DNA from: Zootoca vivipara
Lineage: Eukaryota
Length of the DNA: 64,000 bases
NCBI RefSeq assembly: GCF_963506605.1
Contig: NC_083278.1
Location: 89,776,001 to 89,840,000, forward strand
Direction: 5' to 3'
A program made the translations under genes and the position numbers. Below, piece after piece: positions 36,939 through 49,241 of the stretch (the stretch's first letter is position 1; every line of letters starts with the position of its first letter). A model generated the notes under the pieces. The model searched no databases. It had not been told where the DNA came from and saw only the letters and a program-made list of their open reading frames with translations.

Positions 36939-37734
36939 CTAATTGAGGAATAAGAATTATATTATACATTTAATAAGTGTACATATCTACTTTTGAGATT
37001 TTCACCCAGGAAAATAAATACCGGTATGGTCATATTATTTTTAGCTTCATAAGTAACTGACAAGAAGACTTGCAGTGCAGTCCTGGAATGCCTTATATTT
37101 AAGTTCAATGGATTTCAATCAGGCCTGCTCGCAGATAAATGGGTATAGAAGTTGTTTCTACTCAGAAATTGGCCGTACACAATATAGCAGCAGTATTCCA
37201 TTTATATTACTTCCACTTTGTTTGGACTTTTGTCAAAAACTACACCACAATGGGGAAGATTCTAACACTTGTTAAATTCAGAATTGAAGTGGAAGAGTTC
37301 CTTAGTAGTTCACCCCAAATCTTTATAACTATTCTTTAAAAATAATTTAAATCACTATAAATGGAAGTGTCTGTCTACACGTGTCTCCAGACTGTCTGTA
37401 TTTTGAAGGAAGGATTCATACCTGGGAATTTAGGTTTTCACAATTAAAGTGGATTAAATCACTCTGTCAGCCCAGTGCAACAATTTCTTTAAAAAGAAGA
37501 GACTTTATGGTGTTAGGATCAATGAAAGATTAATGGGGTGGGGAAACAGCCACAACACATCAGAATGAATGCTCAATAAATACCAGATATAATCTAATCT
37601 CTATGTGAGATTTGTGCAAGGAATTAACGATAGCTCAATATATTGGAGGAGGCCCACAACTACTTTTTTGGTAGCTTGTCCTATGGTCCTCTAACTGTTG
37701 TTTTTTAGTTCATGGATGGCAGGAGTGCCAAGTA

Positions 37735-37959
37735 CAGTGGTACCTCTGGTAAGAACTTGATTCGTTCTGGAGGTCCGTTCTTAACCTGAAACTGTTCTTA
37801 ACCTGAAGCACCACTTTAGCTAATGGGGCCTCCTGCTGCCGCCGCCGCCGCCGTAGCACAACTTCTGTTCTCATCCTGAAGCAAAGTTCTTAACCTGAGG
37901 TATTATTTCTGGGTTAGCGGAGTTTGTAACCTGAAGCGTTTGTAACCTGAGGTACCACT
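37735..37959. mobile_element. Tc1/mariner-type MITE
   Basis: TA|CAGTGGTACCTC...GAGGTACCACT. Confidence 0.85.
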
Positions 37960-38346
37960 CAAGCATGGGGGCTCAAGCATTCACAAAACGTTTGTTCTGG
38001 GGGCTCAGCACCCACACTGCAGAGCCTCCGACACAACTTCTGGTGCCTCGCGAAGCACCAAAAGTCACGTCTGAGGCATTGCAAAACCTCAGATATAGTA
38101 ATCAGGAACCCACATAGTAATCATTCATCAGAGTCACTCAGTTCAGATCTCTGCTGAGGTATGTTTACCCTTCAAGCAGCCCAGAAAATGGTGAATTCTC
38201 CCACTCTGTCTTTCACCCCTCCTCTTCTCTACATGCCTCGTGAAAGCAGGCTTAAATCTCCCCCCCCCAATCTGAACTGGAACTTAACCCTTGTTGTTCC
38301 TGTGAACTCCCTGGCTCTATATCCCTCCCTGTCTGTTCCTCTAGAC

Positions 38347-38482
38347 CAGGCATAGGCAACTTTGGCTCTCCAGATGTTTTGGAACTACAACTCCCATGAT
38401 CCCTAGCTAACAGGGCCAGTGGTCAGGGATCATGGGAGTTGCAGTTCCAAAACGTCTGGAGAGCCAAGGTTGCCTATGCCTG
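38347..38482. mobile_element. hAT MITE (palindromic, actacaactcccat family)
   Basis: CAGGCATAGGCAAC...GTTGCCTATGCCTG; perfect TSD ctctagac. Confidence 0.9.
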
Positions 38483-38875
38483 CTCTAGACTGACTTCAAC
38501 AGCTCTCTCCACATTATCTCTCTCGGGCACACCTCCTCCTTCCTCCAACCCTAAGTCTCCCCCTCCCTCTGGGGAACTTGAAACCTCTGGCTCATACCTG
38601 ACACCTGGGGCCCAAGTGTTTCTTCCATCCCCACAAGTCCATGATTTCTGCATTGCAGGAGGTTGGACTAGGTGACCCTTTGGGACCTTCCATCTCTACA
38701 GTTCTACCCATTGTAGTGCCTTTACTTGAGTTTAGAAATTAGAAAAGGGCATGCCTAATTAGTACATTTCTGAAAAATGAAAAACAGAGAATTTTTTCTC
38801 TGATTTTTCAGTTTCCATCATTGCCAAATTTCATTCTCGCTTGTAGAGCCAGGAAAAAACCCTGTATTTGTAGTA

Positions 38876-39082
38876 CAGTGGTACCTCGGGTTACAAACGC
38901 TTCAGGTTACAGACTCCGCTCGGGTTAAGAACTTTGCTTCAGGATGAGAACAGAAATCATACTCAGCGGTGCGGTGGCAGCAGGAGGCCCCATTAGCTAA
39001 AGTGGTGCTTCAGGTTAAGAACAGTTTCAGGTTAAGAACGGACCGCCGGAACGAATTAAGTTCTTAACCAGAGGTACCACTG
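38876..39082. mobile_element. Tc1/mariner-type MITE, inverted relative to 37735-37959
   Basis: TA|CAGTGGTACCTCGG...GAGGTACCACTG|TA. Confidence 0.85.
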
Positions 39083-39452
39083 TATAACAGATTATTTAGA
39101 TCTCTAATGTGAGGGAACAATGGAAAGATATTGCACTGGACTCAGGCTACCCATGGGCAGAAGCTGCCTGTGGGACGTTCTATTTGAAGAAGGGGTATAA
39201 GCAGCGATTTGCTGTTCTGTGCCACCTGAAAAGGTACTCTGAAGGATTAGAGGACCCTCCAAACATTATGGGGGTGGTGCTGGGGACTGCAGGGGAAACA
39301 ACATATATCAATTATCTCCTTTTGGGAGCTTCCACTGATATTTGTCTTTTCTGCAAGTAAAAGGAGCTGTTTTAGAAATGGCAAGTCTATTTCTGAGAGG
39401 TGTATGAGAGTACAATTTGACCTATACATTTACTGAATGTGGCCTCCTTTAC

Positions 39453-39648
39453 CAAAAGTCTCAGAGTCCTGTGTGTCCATAATATTTGCCATTATGCTAG
39501 ACTGAAGGAAGAAGTTCCACTGATTCTCTGGTATAAATCCAAGCTTGTTAGTAAGTAGATTTCCATCATATTTATTTTTCATAATTGCTGTACACATCAG
39601 AAAAGCAAAGCATAGCTGATTCTCACTGAACAGAGCTGAAGAAACTCT
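39453..39648 (-). CDS. DNAH14: DNAH14 exon (RVSSALFSENQLCFAFLMC...SETF)
   Basis: acag|AGA, TTG|gtaaag; 196 nt. Confidence 0.9.
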
Positions 39649-39746
39649 CTGTTGAATAAGAAATTTAAGAACAATGAAAATCCATTATATTTTACAGATA
39701 CTAATATTAGCCAAAAGTCATATGTGTAATAAATTCAGGTACACAC

Positions 39747-40198
39747 CTTATAAACGTTTTTTGTTAATTTCTCTATTATAGCATTAATATGTCCTTGGAA
39801 ACTGTCTGCGATACTCTCTGTTTTGTCCTCATCTTCTATGGGGGGAAGCTTGATGGGAAGTCTCTCTGATTGAGTCCTAAAAACTGGCCGAGGCTTAAAA
39901 ATTCTTGTGGAACTCAATGAAACTCCAATTTTTAATTTGAGCATGTACTCTACAGAGTCTTCAAAGATCTTATGAAACCACTCCAGGGGAAACTGATACA
40001 TATAGTTGATATGAGAAAGATCTGATACTACAAAGTAGAGGATGGCACCATGAGTTGCAATAGGAAGATAGCTTTCACGCAGTGCCTCTATTTTAACTTC
40101 TGTTGCTGCAGATGCTTCAACACGCTCAAAAATTTCTGTTGAGGTGATTTTAGATCTTTGCAAATTGTCAATAAGGTCTCCATCATCTAGAATATGTC
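39747..40198 (-). CDS. DNAH14: DNAH14 exon (HILDDGDLIDNLQRSK...INYMYQFPLEWF...NVYK)
   Basis: gtag|GA, AAG|gtgtgt; 452 nt. Confidence 0.93.
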
Positions 40199-40968
40199 CT
40201 ACAATTTAAAGAAAGTTTACTTCATTTGTGGTATAGAAATAAATCAAATAATGCATTATTGATTAAATATCTACTCTTCTGTAAAAAAAAAATTTTTTTT
40301 AAATAAACTGGAGTGTAATTGTGGATAAATCTAGTAAAAGAAGCAAGGAACTTTTATGCTGCTCTTTAGTTACAATATCTCCCAGTATGGCTAAAATAAA
40401 ATCCATAACAGTAATAAGCAGGGTGAACAAGAACATCAATTAAATTAAATTTAGCAAATCAGAACAATACAACTATCAGATTAAACTGAACCCAGATGAC
40501 TAGGCCTGGGCAAGTACAAAAGGTCCAAATTTGGTGTTAGATACTACTGCCCTAATATCAAAAGGCAGGAGGGATTGGAAGAGGGTCTCTGGGCTGATTG
40601 CAGTATTTGGGCAGGTTTGTGTGGGAGGTGGTCCTTTAATTACAATTAGAACGGTTTACAATTTAATTTGCACAACACTTTATACAATTAACTCATACTC
40701 TTCCTTTAAGGAGTTCAGAGCACTGTTTTAGACCCACGAGGTAGATTAGGTTGAGGGCTTCATAGCTGAGTGGGAATCTGAACCTGAACATCCAAACTAA
40801 CATTCTAGCCTCTGCATGACACACGGAAATCATTGCAGATGACCGTATCCATGTCATTTCCTATAAAGAACAATTCATTTAATTTGTAACTTATTTAGTT
40901 ACAGGTGCCTATAATTTGTTCAAAACATATGGATGACATTTCGAGGATTTCTGTACATTTTTCATTAC

Positions 40969-41213
40969 CATCTGTTTTTTGGAGAAGCCTAAGTGACTTT
41001 TGTTCCAGTTCACGAAGTGTTATTAGGTCAGCAGCTATGCTTTCTAGCAACCCACAACGCCGGTGTTCAACCTCTGGTTTCTCCTTAATTAGAACAGTAG
41101 ATAAAAGCTGATCTTGCAAACCTTCAAATGTTACAGTGAAATTTATCATTGTCACAATACTGCATATTGCTGGCAGAAAATGAGGGTTGGGTTTTTGTGT
41201 TGTCAAGTATAAT
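40969..41213 (-). CDS. DNAH14: DNAH14 exon, AAA5 (LYLTTQKPNPHFLP...INFTVTFEGLQDQLL)
   Basis: tcag|A, ATG|gtaatg; 245 nt. Confidence 0.94.
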
Positions 41214-41331
41214 CTGAAACAACAATTAACAATAACATCAGGTGTGAGGAAAGTTAAAGCCATAGCTGAGTCAAACAAATATAGCTAATTTAAATATAGT
41301 TAGTTTCAAATTACATAAGTAAAAAATTATA

Positions 41332-41561
41332 TAGTGGTACCTCGGTTTAAGAACAGTCCTGTTTATGAACGTTTTAGTTTACAAATTCCGCAAAACCAGA
41401 AGCAGTGTCCCAGTTTGAGAACTTTACCTCGTCTAAGAACAGAATCCGAACAGTGGAAAGGCAGGAGGCCTCATTAGGGATAGTGTGCCTAAGTTTAAGA
41501 ACGGTTTTGGTTTAAGACGGACTTCTGGAACGCATTAAGTTCTTAAACTGAGGTAACACTG
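41332..41561. mobile_element. Tc1/mariner-type MITE
   Basis: AGTGGTACCTCGGTTTAAGAAC...GTTCTTAAACTGAGGTAACACTG|TA. Confidence 0.8.
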
Positions 41562-41583
41562 TATCACTGAAAAGAACAGTTAC

Positions 41584-41705
41584 CTGAAGTTTTGGTTGCA
41601 CTCAATTTCAGAATCTCCTATTCTAATGAAGTCTTGCCCTGATTTGTTGTAGATTTCCTTTTTTAAGATTGGCTTCATATTTGAATCCAGTGTTTCACTG
41701 AAATC
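41584..41705 (-). CDS. DNAH14: DNAH14 exon (DFSETLDSNMKPILKKE...IRIGDSEIECNQNF)
   Basis: gtag|GAT, CAG|gtaact; 122 nt. Confidence 0.92.
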
Positions 41706-41956
41706 CTACAAAGCACAAAACCAGTCTTAAGGTGCTTAAACCTGAAGCAGTGTGTGAAGGTGTTGACATCATAACTTCATTTATCCCCTCAATCAGAATA
41801 CCCTTGCCCACCCATCTTTTTCACCTTCTTAGGATGAGAGGACAGGGTAGGCTACTTTTACTCCACAGCAGGCAAGAGGGGAGTGAGGATGAGAGGACAA
41901 GATGAAAGAGGTGAACAGGGAGGTGTAGCAACTTCAGAACAATCTCAGAGGATATA

Positions 41957-42621
41957 TGGATCATTCCATATCAAATGATCCATCCTTTTTACGTTATGCC
42001 AGTTACTTCAGGCATTTCTTTAGAAAGTTATTCAATTAAAAGTTATCTGAAAAGCTAGTCAAACTGATATTACAGTTTGAAGTCTTGTTTATTCTGTTAT
42101 ATTTTACTCCAAGAAGACCCATTTATCCTAAATAGAACCCAAAAAGGCAGAAGTTTATGTACAAAATATTTTTAATATGATTCCATTGAGATCCCAAGAT
42201 GAAATTTTGCAGGTAGATCTTAGAAATATTAAATCAATACATTTTTTGAAATTTTTAAATCATATTAAATTTTTTAAGAGCTTTAAAAAAGTTTCAATTT
42301 TGTAACTTACATTTACAATTTGAAGTAAGTCCATCATGCGACATATATTAAAGTCCATGATGTTCTGAAGCGATTGGTGTTTTTAGTTTTGATGTTTCTC
42401 AATTCTGAGCTGAGCATTTAAGGTTTCTGTGTAGTCTGGCAAGGCCAAAATTGTCAGTTTTTTTGAAATTTCAAACTCTCATAACTCACAAACGGGATGA
42501 GTTTAAAAGTTAAAATTTTAGATTTAAATTTAGTTTTGATCATTAAACAAGTGTAAAAAATATTAAGAAAATTGCATGACATGAGGTAAAAAAGTTGGAT
42601 CACTTGATATGGAATGACCCA
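41957..42621. mobile_element. AT-rich non-autonomous TIR DNA transposon, superfamily uncertain
   Basis: tggatcattccatatcaaatgatcca / tggatcacttgatatggaatgaccca inverted termini flanked by TA. Confidence 0.7.
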
Positions 42622-43000
42622 TATGATGCAGCAACCTTTCTGAAATAAAGCAACCCTGGGGCTGCTCAGTGCCTGGATAGGAACCCCATGTACAGAGTTT
42701 TAATACAGAAGGTAGGGTAAATATGAAATAGTGGCTTTAGCCTCAGCTTAGTGCAAGGGCTCCCAAACTGTAGCCTGTGGATCACTGGCGGTCAGCAAGC
42801 TTAATTTAGGTAGTCCACAGATCTCTGTGAAGAAAAAAAAGCAGCAGCTGTAAATAGTGGCAGAAGTGGCTGCTCCAGGATAGACCAGAAGCAGGAGGAA
42901 GCAATCTGAAAAGTTCAGCCCTTCTGCTGAAAAACCTAGGCTAGGCAAAGTGCTTGGAGGCAACTTTCTATGTGTGCGAGGTGAATTAATGGAGCTGTTG

Positions 43001-43361
43001 GGGACACGGGTGGTGCTGTGGTCTAAGCCACAGAGCTTGGGCTTGCCACGGTTTGAATCCGTGAGACGGGATGAGCTCCCCTTGCTTTGTCCCAGCTCCT
43101 GTCAACCTAGCAGTTCGAAAGCACACCAGCATGATTGATAAACAGGCACCACTGAATCGGGAAAGTAAACGGTGTTTCTGTGCACTCTGGCACTCGGCAT
43201 GGTGTTCCATGCGCCAGAAGCTGTTTAGTCATGCTGGCCACATGACCCGGAAAAGCTGTCTGCAGACAAATGCCGGCTCCCTCAGCCTGAAAACGGAGAT
43301 GAGCGCCATACCCCACAGTCGAATTCAACTGGACTTAACCGTCCAGGGGTCCTTTACCTTT
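43001..43361 (+). mobile_element. Sauria SINE
   Basis: gggacacgggtgg head, core, (accttt)n tail; gagctgtt on both flanks. Confidence 0.88.
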
Positions 43362-44630
43362 AAACTAACAGAGCTGTTTAGTGATTAAGGAAATGAACAT
43401 GCCCAGAGATTCTTTCATTCTATTTATTGTATTTTATTCTAAAAACCATGCAGCACCTAGTACAGTGCATTACAATTGCTACAACAGGCAGAAAAATAAT
43501 CAGTTATAACCCATTCTCAAGTAACCCATGGGGGAAAGGGTTTGGGAACTAGTGACTATGGGAGGAATTCAGGATTAGGCTATGATGAATGTTCCACCTG
43601 TACAAGCTTTTCAGCTTAACGGATGAAACAATCCCCCTTCTCCTCTCCAACATGCTGTTCCACTGTGTGTGTGTGTGGGGGGGTTCTCTTGCCCCCCCAA
43701 GCCAATTTTGGATGTGCAAGGGGGATGAGGAGAAAGCCCTGTTGTGCAAGCAAAAGTCCAAAAGGAGTCTTACAATGAATTTCTGTTTGCAGATCCAGGC
43801 AGAAGACATTCTTGTTTAGGTATGACACCTCCTACTGGAGAAATGAGGCAGAGTCTTCTCAATCCTTTTGCCTCTTCTCCAAGTGGAGGGGTCATAACTG
43901 TAGGCAGATTGACTGACAGAGCAAACCATTTCTCAACTGCTAATCAATCAGAAGACGGAACACTAACCCTTACAGGTAAACTAAAAGGACTGTAGAACTG
44001 ATATTTATGACAACCAGAAAGAAAGACAGAACAGGAAGGAAACTCGGGGATAATACTCCAGATTGACAAACCTACAACCACCTATGTAAACCAGAACCTT
44101 TTAGCCTCCAGGCAGTCAAACAGAAAAGTTCTTCGGTAGGATAGATCATCAGCCCCTGAATCAAGAGATCTTGTGGACTGGAAGTCACCAAGGGGACCAC
44201 ACCATCAGATTGACAAGGTCCAGGAGCCAAGGCCTCCTTGGCCAATGAAGGGCAATCCACACCCCTGCCCCTGGAGATGGAAACTGAGACACAAAAGTGT
44301 CTAACTAAGCACTGTGCTTGGAGGCAAACAGATCCACAACTGGCTGACCTGGCTGCCGAACCGGCTGCTGAAAGACTTAATTGCCATTCTGTCTCACTGA
44401 TGACTATGTGGCTCAACCAGTGGTTGTTAACCTCTGCCAGATGTCTCGTTTTCAAGCTGAGCCCATGTCAACAGTTTGTCAGTTTCCACCAGCAGTGCCT
44501 TTGAATAGGATCCTTGTTGATTGGCATAGTAAGTATAAGCTTGTATCTGGCATTGCTCAGGAATTCTAAGATCCCCCTAGACCAGTTTATATAACAGTTG
44601 AGTGATCAGACTCAGTGGAAGCTGAACTAC

Positions 44631-44858
44631 CTGTAGTAGGACTGATTCACCAAGACGCATAGAGTTTTCAAGTGTTCTAAAATAATGAGCATCCGTAACA
44701 CGAATTTGGCGTAGTTTACCACTCATTTGACTTATCCATTTGTACGCTTGTCTTTCTGGATCAATTAACAAAGGATAACGTTGTCCATACATAATATGTA
44801 TAGCATTTTCTGTAGAGTACTGGTCAAGTGGCAAGCCTGCATTTTGCCACTTGCGAAC
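44631..44858 (-). CDS. DNAH14: DNAH14 exon (VRKWQNAGLPLDQYSTEN...YPLLIDP...)
   Basis: acag|GTT, CAG|gtagtt; 228 nt. Confidence 0.93.
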
Positions 44859-45313
44859 CTGTAAAACATCAATTTTTAATACGACTATTATCAACAACAA
44901 TATTTGTTCCACAAATGATTTGAGTGATTCTGAATAATAACAAAAGTAGTATGATCGCTTGAATAAATCCCAAAATATAAAATATAAATGACAGAGGCAT
45001 ACTTTGGTATTTCAAATTTCAGGGTCACCCTGTGTGATACCAAAATTTGGCATCCCCCACCTCTTGTCTTCAATTCTGTGCATGCACTATGATATAGTTG
45101 TGAAGATCAGCTTGGCATCCAAATGGGGGGGGGGCTGGTTGCACTGCCCTAAATCTACCTCTGCAAATGGGGCCTTTACCTAGTTAATTAGGTAGTGCCT
45201 CAGCCAGCAAAATTAGACTCTCTAAAAAAAACCCCACTCTCCTAAGAAGTCTTTTAATTTAAATTTCAAAGAAAACCATGGAAATGTCATTCCCTCTGCC
45301 CATGTATTACTAC

Positions 45314-45529
45314 CTCATTTTTTTCTGTCATGCAATTTACTAGCGAATAATTTGGAGATACTGGAATATTGCTTTCTTTGCAGAGTTTCAGACAGTCATT
45401 CACTAGTTGCTGACGATATGATGCTGATAATACTCCACTATAGGCAATACACGCTGCTGAAACAAAGGCATCACCCACGATTCCCTCCAACCTTTGATCG
45501 AAATTATTAACAGATTCTTTCCAGCGTTC
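45314..45529 (-). CDS. DNAH14: DNAH14 exon (ERWKESV...GDAFVSAACIAYSG...)
   Basis: ctag|GAA, GAG|gtagta; 216 nt. Confidence 0.93.
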
Positions 45530-46135
45530 CTAGGATATAAAAAAATGTTTAGGGCCAAATATCATTGAGTACTGGAGAAACTGGTTTGTTTAGAAAGTAT
45601 AGCACTTGCAACATAATAAACCTATGACTTGTCAGTACCCAGCACGTACTATAAGTGATTTCATAACAATATTTACACTTGTGTAGATATTTATGTTGGG
45701 AGTATAAGAAATAGTTTAGTGCTGTGGTATTTGTGGAAAATGCTCTCTTCCTACATTTGAAGGTACATAAATAAGCAGTAATGTTTTTTAGCCATTCTTC
45801 TCTGCTTGGATTTTGGAATAGCAAGGATTTTTCCTTCTCTGAAATTTATCAATAGCTCAGTGAACAATATACAGTACCTTGACACCTGAAAACAGCCCTA
45901 AAGCAGATGGTTAAATGCCCAACAGCTCCGTTACTCTTTCCCCTTTATCCTAGGGCTGTGGTGTGTGGCAATGCTGGTGGAAACAGCTAGCCTCTGATGG
46001 CAAATACAGAGTACTACTTCTCCACAAGAATACGGGAGGTTATATGATATGGAAAAGGACCAACAGAAAAGACGGTCTAAGACAAGTAACAATGAAGCCT
46101 AATTTTAATTAGAGTCAAACAGAAAGAAGTAATAC

Positions 46136-46276
46136 CATTTCATCCTTCAGAGCTGTGCTTAACACGGATGCACAGTGTAAACGGCGTGTTGCTTGATCTT
46201 TTCTAGCTGCTAGCATTTCTTGCTCAGCAATACTTTCTCCAAACCTTCTTTCTAAATTTTGCTGATGTTGTTCAAT
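46136..46276 (-). CDS. DNAH14: DNAH14 exon, stalk CC2 (IEQHQQNLE...ALKDEM)
   Basis: tcag|ATT, ATG|gtatta; 141 nt. Confidence 0.9.
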
Positions 46277-46434
46277 CTGAGGAGTTAGAAATTAAAGGAA
46301 AACATACTATAGTGGTATATATTGCTGTTATATATCATACTTTTTCTTTATAGCTCTTTCTTTAAAAACTTACATGAGGGCTCCTATCAAGGTACTAGAT
46401 AAGACAGCAACTACTTGGTTTCAATTCTGCTATA

Positions 46435-46660
46435 CAGTCGTACCTCGGGTTACAAACACCTCGGGTTATGAACTCTACAAAACCGGAAGTATTTTTGCCG
46501 CATGTGCAGAAGCGGCATGCACGGTTTGCACATGTGCAAAGTGCGAAAATCATGAAAATTGCGCTTTGCGCATGCACAAAATGGTGCTTCGGGTTATGAC
46601 CATTTTGGGTTACAAACTGCATCCCGGAACGGATCATGTTCGTAACCTGAGGTACCACTG
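46435..46660. mobile_element. Tc1/mariner-type MITE
   Basis: TA|CAGTCGTACCTCGGGTTAC...GTAACCTGAGGTACCACTG|TA. Confidence 0.85.
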
Positions 46661-46857
46661 TAATTGGGTCTATACATTAAGACAGGTTGCGTATCTGTAA
46701 CTGTTGTAACAGACATGTGCAATCATAGTTGTGGGTTCTGTGCAGAGCAATGCTTGGAGCTTTCTAAAGCTACCGGTAGGTGAAATAGTTTGGGCAAGAA
46801 GCCCATTCCCAACCCCCTATAAGCATGAACAAAGGGGCATAGCTCCAGTCTTTCTTA

Positions 46858-47380
46858 TAGTGGGGTGGGAGAGCTGGAAAAAAAAATTCACATCTGGCAA
46901 CCAAGGCACCACTTTGGTTTCAGATAGTCCATGGGTAGATAAGTCTACAAAGCCCAGGACACAAATTTTCACAGCCCTCTAGCAGCTATGGTGGCTCATT
47001 TACCAGAAGTAATTTGTGTCCCGGGCTTTTTAGACTCATCTACCTAGAGATGCAGTTTGAAAGCATGTCAAAGTACAAGTAGTTAAATAGTTACCACTCT
47101 GGAGGGAAGGTAAACGGCATTTCCATGCACTGCTCTGGTTTCGCCAGAAGTGGCTTAGTCATGCTGGCCACATGACCCGAAAAAACTGACTGCGGACAAA
47201 CGCCGGCTCCCTTGGCCAGTAAAGCGAGATGAGCGCCGCAGCCCCAGAGTCGTTCGCGACTGGACTTAACTGTCGAAGGTCCTTTACCTTTCTACCTTTG
47301 TACTATCTGAAATCAAAGTGGTGCATTGGTTGCCAGATGTGAAATACTTTGGCATTATTTTCAGCTCTCCTACCCCACTA
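46858..47380. mobile_element. Fold-back (long-TIR) element interrupted by a Sauria SINE
   Basis: About 110-bp inverted arms tagtggggt...cacaaatt / aatttgtg...accccacta. Confidence 0.7.
47050..47298 (+). mobile_element. Sauria SINE, 5'-truncated
   Basis: gcagtttgaaagc...gtcatgctggccacatgacc...(accttt)n. Confidence 0.85.
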
Positions 47381-48319
47381 TTAGTTCCTAACAAATCACT
47401 GCAGCAGCTATAAGGGAAGCACCAGAGTAAGAGCAGGTCAAATGCAACACCTGCAGCAGATAAAGAGAATGGTGTCGTGTTTCCTCACTGCAGTTCCTTC
47501 TCAGAGTCAGTGAAATGCATGGATGGGAAGAGGTAGATGGGTCGAACTAAGCACTGATCATTCAAGGGCACATGATAAAAATTCAAAAAAGCCAAAGCAC
47601 CATAAGATATGCCTGCCTCAAAGGCATTTGAAGAGAGACACCATATATACCGTAAATTATTGGTGATGATTATGATTAGCAGTAGTAGTAAATTTGTAGG
47701 ACTACACAGAGATCACAGAGGAGAAAGAACACAACATTGTCTCCCATTCTACTTATCTGCAATTTTCTCTGCTTGTTATCAAACTGAGCTGATTATTTAT
47801 TATTCCTGGTTTCTACTATTTCACCCCCTGTAATACATATCAATCTTATTTTCTTAAAAGTTTTGGTATCCTTGCTAGGGAAAAACAATTAAATTTTAAA
47901 ATGTATATGTAAAAAGTGAATTATTTATTTAATACCCATATGTGAATATATCATGGGAGGGGGAATGGGTCCTAGGAAAGCTGCTCTCTTCATACAATCA
48001 TTATTCGTACCCACACTCCAGTCCCCAGGTGGCCTTTGTCTTCACTTATTCACACCCTTTAGGGAAGACTGAACCTAGAGCAGAACATTCTAAATCCTCA
48101 TTCCCAGGCTAGATATATCTCTGAGAAAACTCTATCCCTTGTTACCCTCTCACTCTGCTCCAGCTGAATTACTTTTTAACAAATAAGTAGACAGATTTTT
48201 GCCTACATAAGATTTTTTAAAAATAAAACAATATATCCCAAACTGAGACAGACACAAACTTTATGTTATTTAACAAGCAATATAAATTCTATAGTATATA
48301 ACAAGTAGAATTCTTTTAC

Positions 48320-48415
48320 CAGCACTAAACTTCTTTGTTTATCAGTCAATTTTTCATATGCACGTTTTAGTAGCTCCTCTGCTTCAGCTACCTTCAATTG
48401 TTTTGGCTCTACAAA
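48320..48415 (-). CDS. DNAH14: DNAH14 exon, stalk CC2 (FVEPKQLKVAEAE...)
   Basis: atag|TTT, CTG|gtaaaa; 96 nt. Confidence 0.9.
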
Positions 48416-48832
48416 CTATATAAGAAGATATATTTATAATTCAGCTTGAATGAAGGAATATGGCTATATGGAACTCAATGGACAAACAGAAAAATATATA
48501 GGTACAATACAGATATGCAAATTACACATTTCACTTCATATGGAGATTTCATTGAAAGCAGCATCTCTGTGTCAAGTTCTTTCTCCACTTTCTTATGTTT
48601 TGGCACACTTACTGATAATGTGCCATCATTACATTTCATGCTCATCTGTTCCCACCAGCCCATGATACATTGCAGAACTGACAAAATGCATAACACAATG
48701 ACTTCCTAACTTGGGGAAATTTACCTAATAGTTGCAGTGAAGACTTGTGGATGTGGGCTAGGGGATGGAGGCTCAACATAAGGATGTTATTTCTCTGTGG
48801 CCATCCCATGTTCAGCATAAACTGTGTTATTA

Positions 48833-49241
48833 CTGTGTTTCTCCAAAAATAAGACACCGTCTTATATTTATTTTTCCTCAAAAACAAAACAAAACACGGT
48901 GGCTTATTTTCAGGGGATGTCTTTTAAAAATATTTTTATTAAGTATGGTACAGTTTAACCTACAAGAGGTTAAACCATAGCTGTCAACTTTTGGATTTGA
49001 AAATAAGGGATCAGCAGCCTCACCTGTCCTGGGGACAGTCTATGGTATATCTAACAATCCAGGATAGCAGTGGGAAACGGCGCTGGAATAAGGGAATTTC
49101 CAGCAAAAAAAGGAAAAGTTGACAGTGTGGCTTGGAATAAGGGAGTTTCCCACAAAAAAAGGGAGGGTTGGCAGCTATGGGTTAAACTGCCTATCACTAT
49201 GGCTTATTTTCGGGGTATGGCTTATTTTCGGAGAAACACAG
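48833..49241. mobile_element. Tc2-like MITE interrupted by hAT MITE
   Basis: TA|CTGTGTTTCTCC...GGAGAAACACAG; ggcttatttt units. Confidence 0.75.
48976..49179. mobile_element. hAT MITE
   Basis: CATAGCTGTCAAC...GTTGGCAGCTATG; perfect TSD ggttaaac. Confidence 0.85.

Noticed and set aside
39247-39350. Strong acceptor in frame with DNAH14 (EKTNISGSSQKE...)
   Set aside because: No convincing donor before the stop, and the protein is complete without it
43990-44570. Possible LTR-like block
   Set aside because: Could not fix TG...CA ends or a TSD
48475-48696. Exon-like minus-strand ORF (LQCIMGWWEQ...)
   Set aside because: Wrong phase for this phase-0 intron and no dynein similarity
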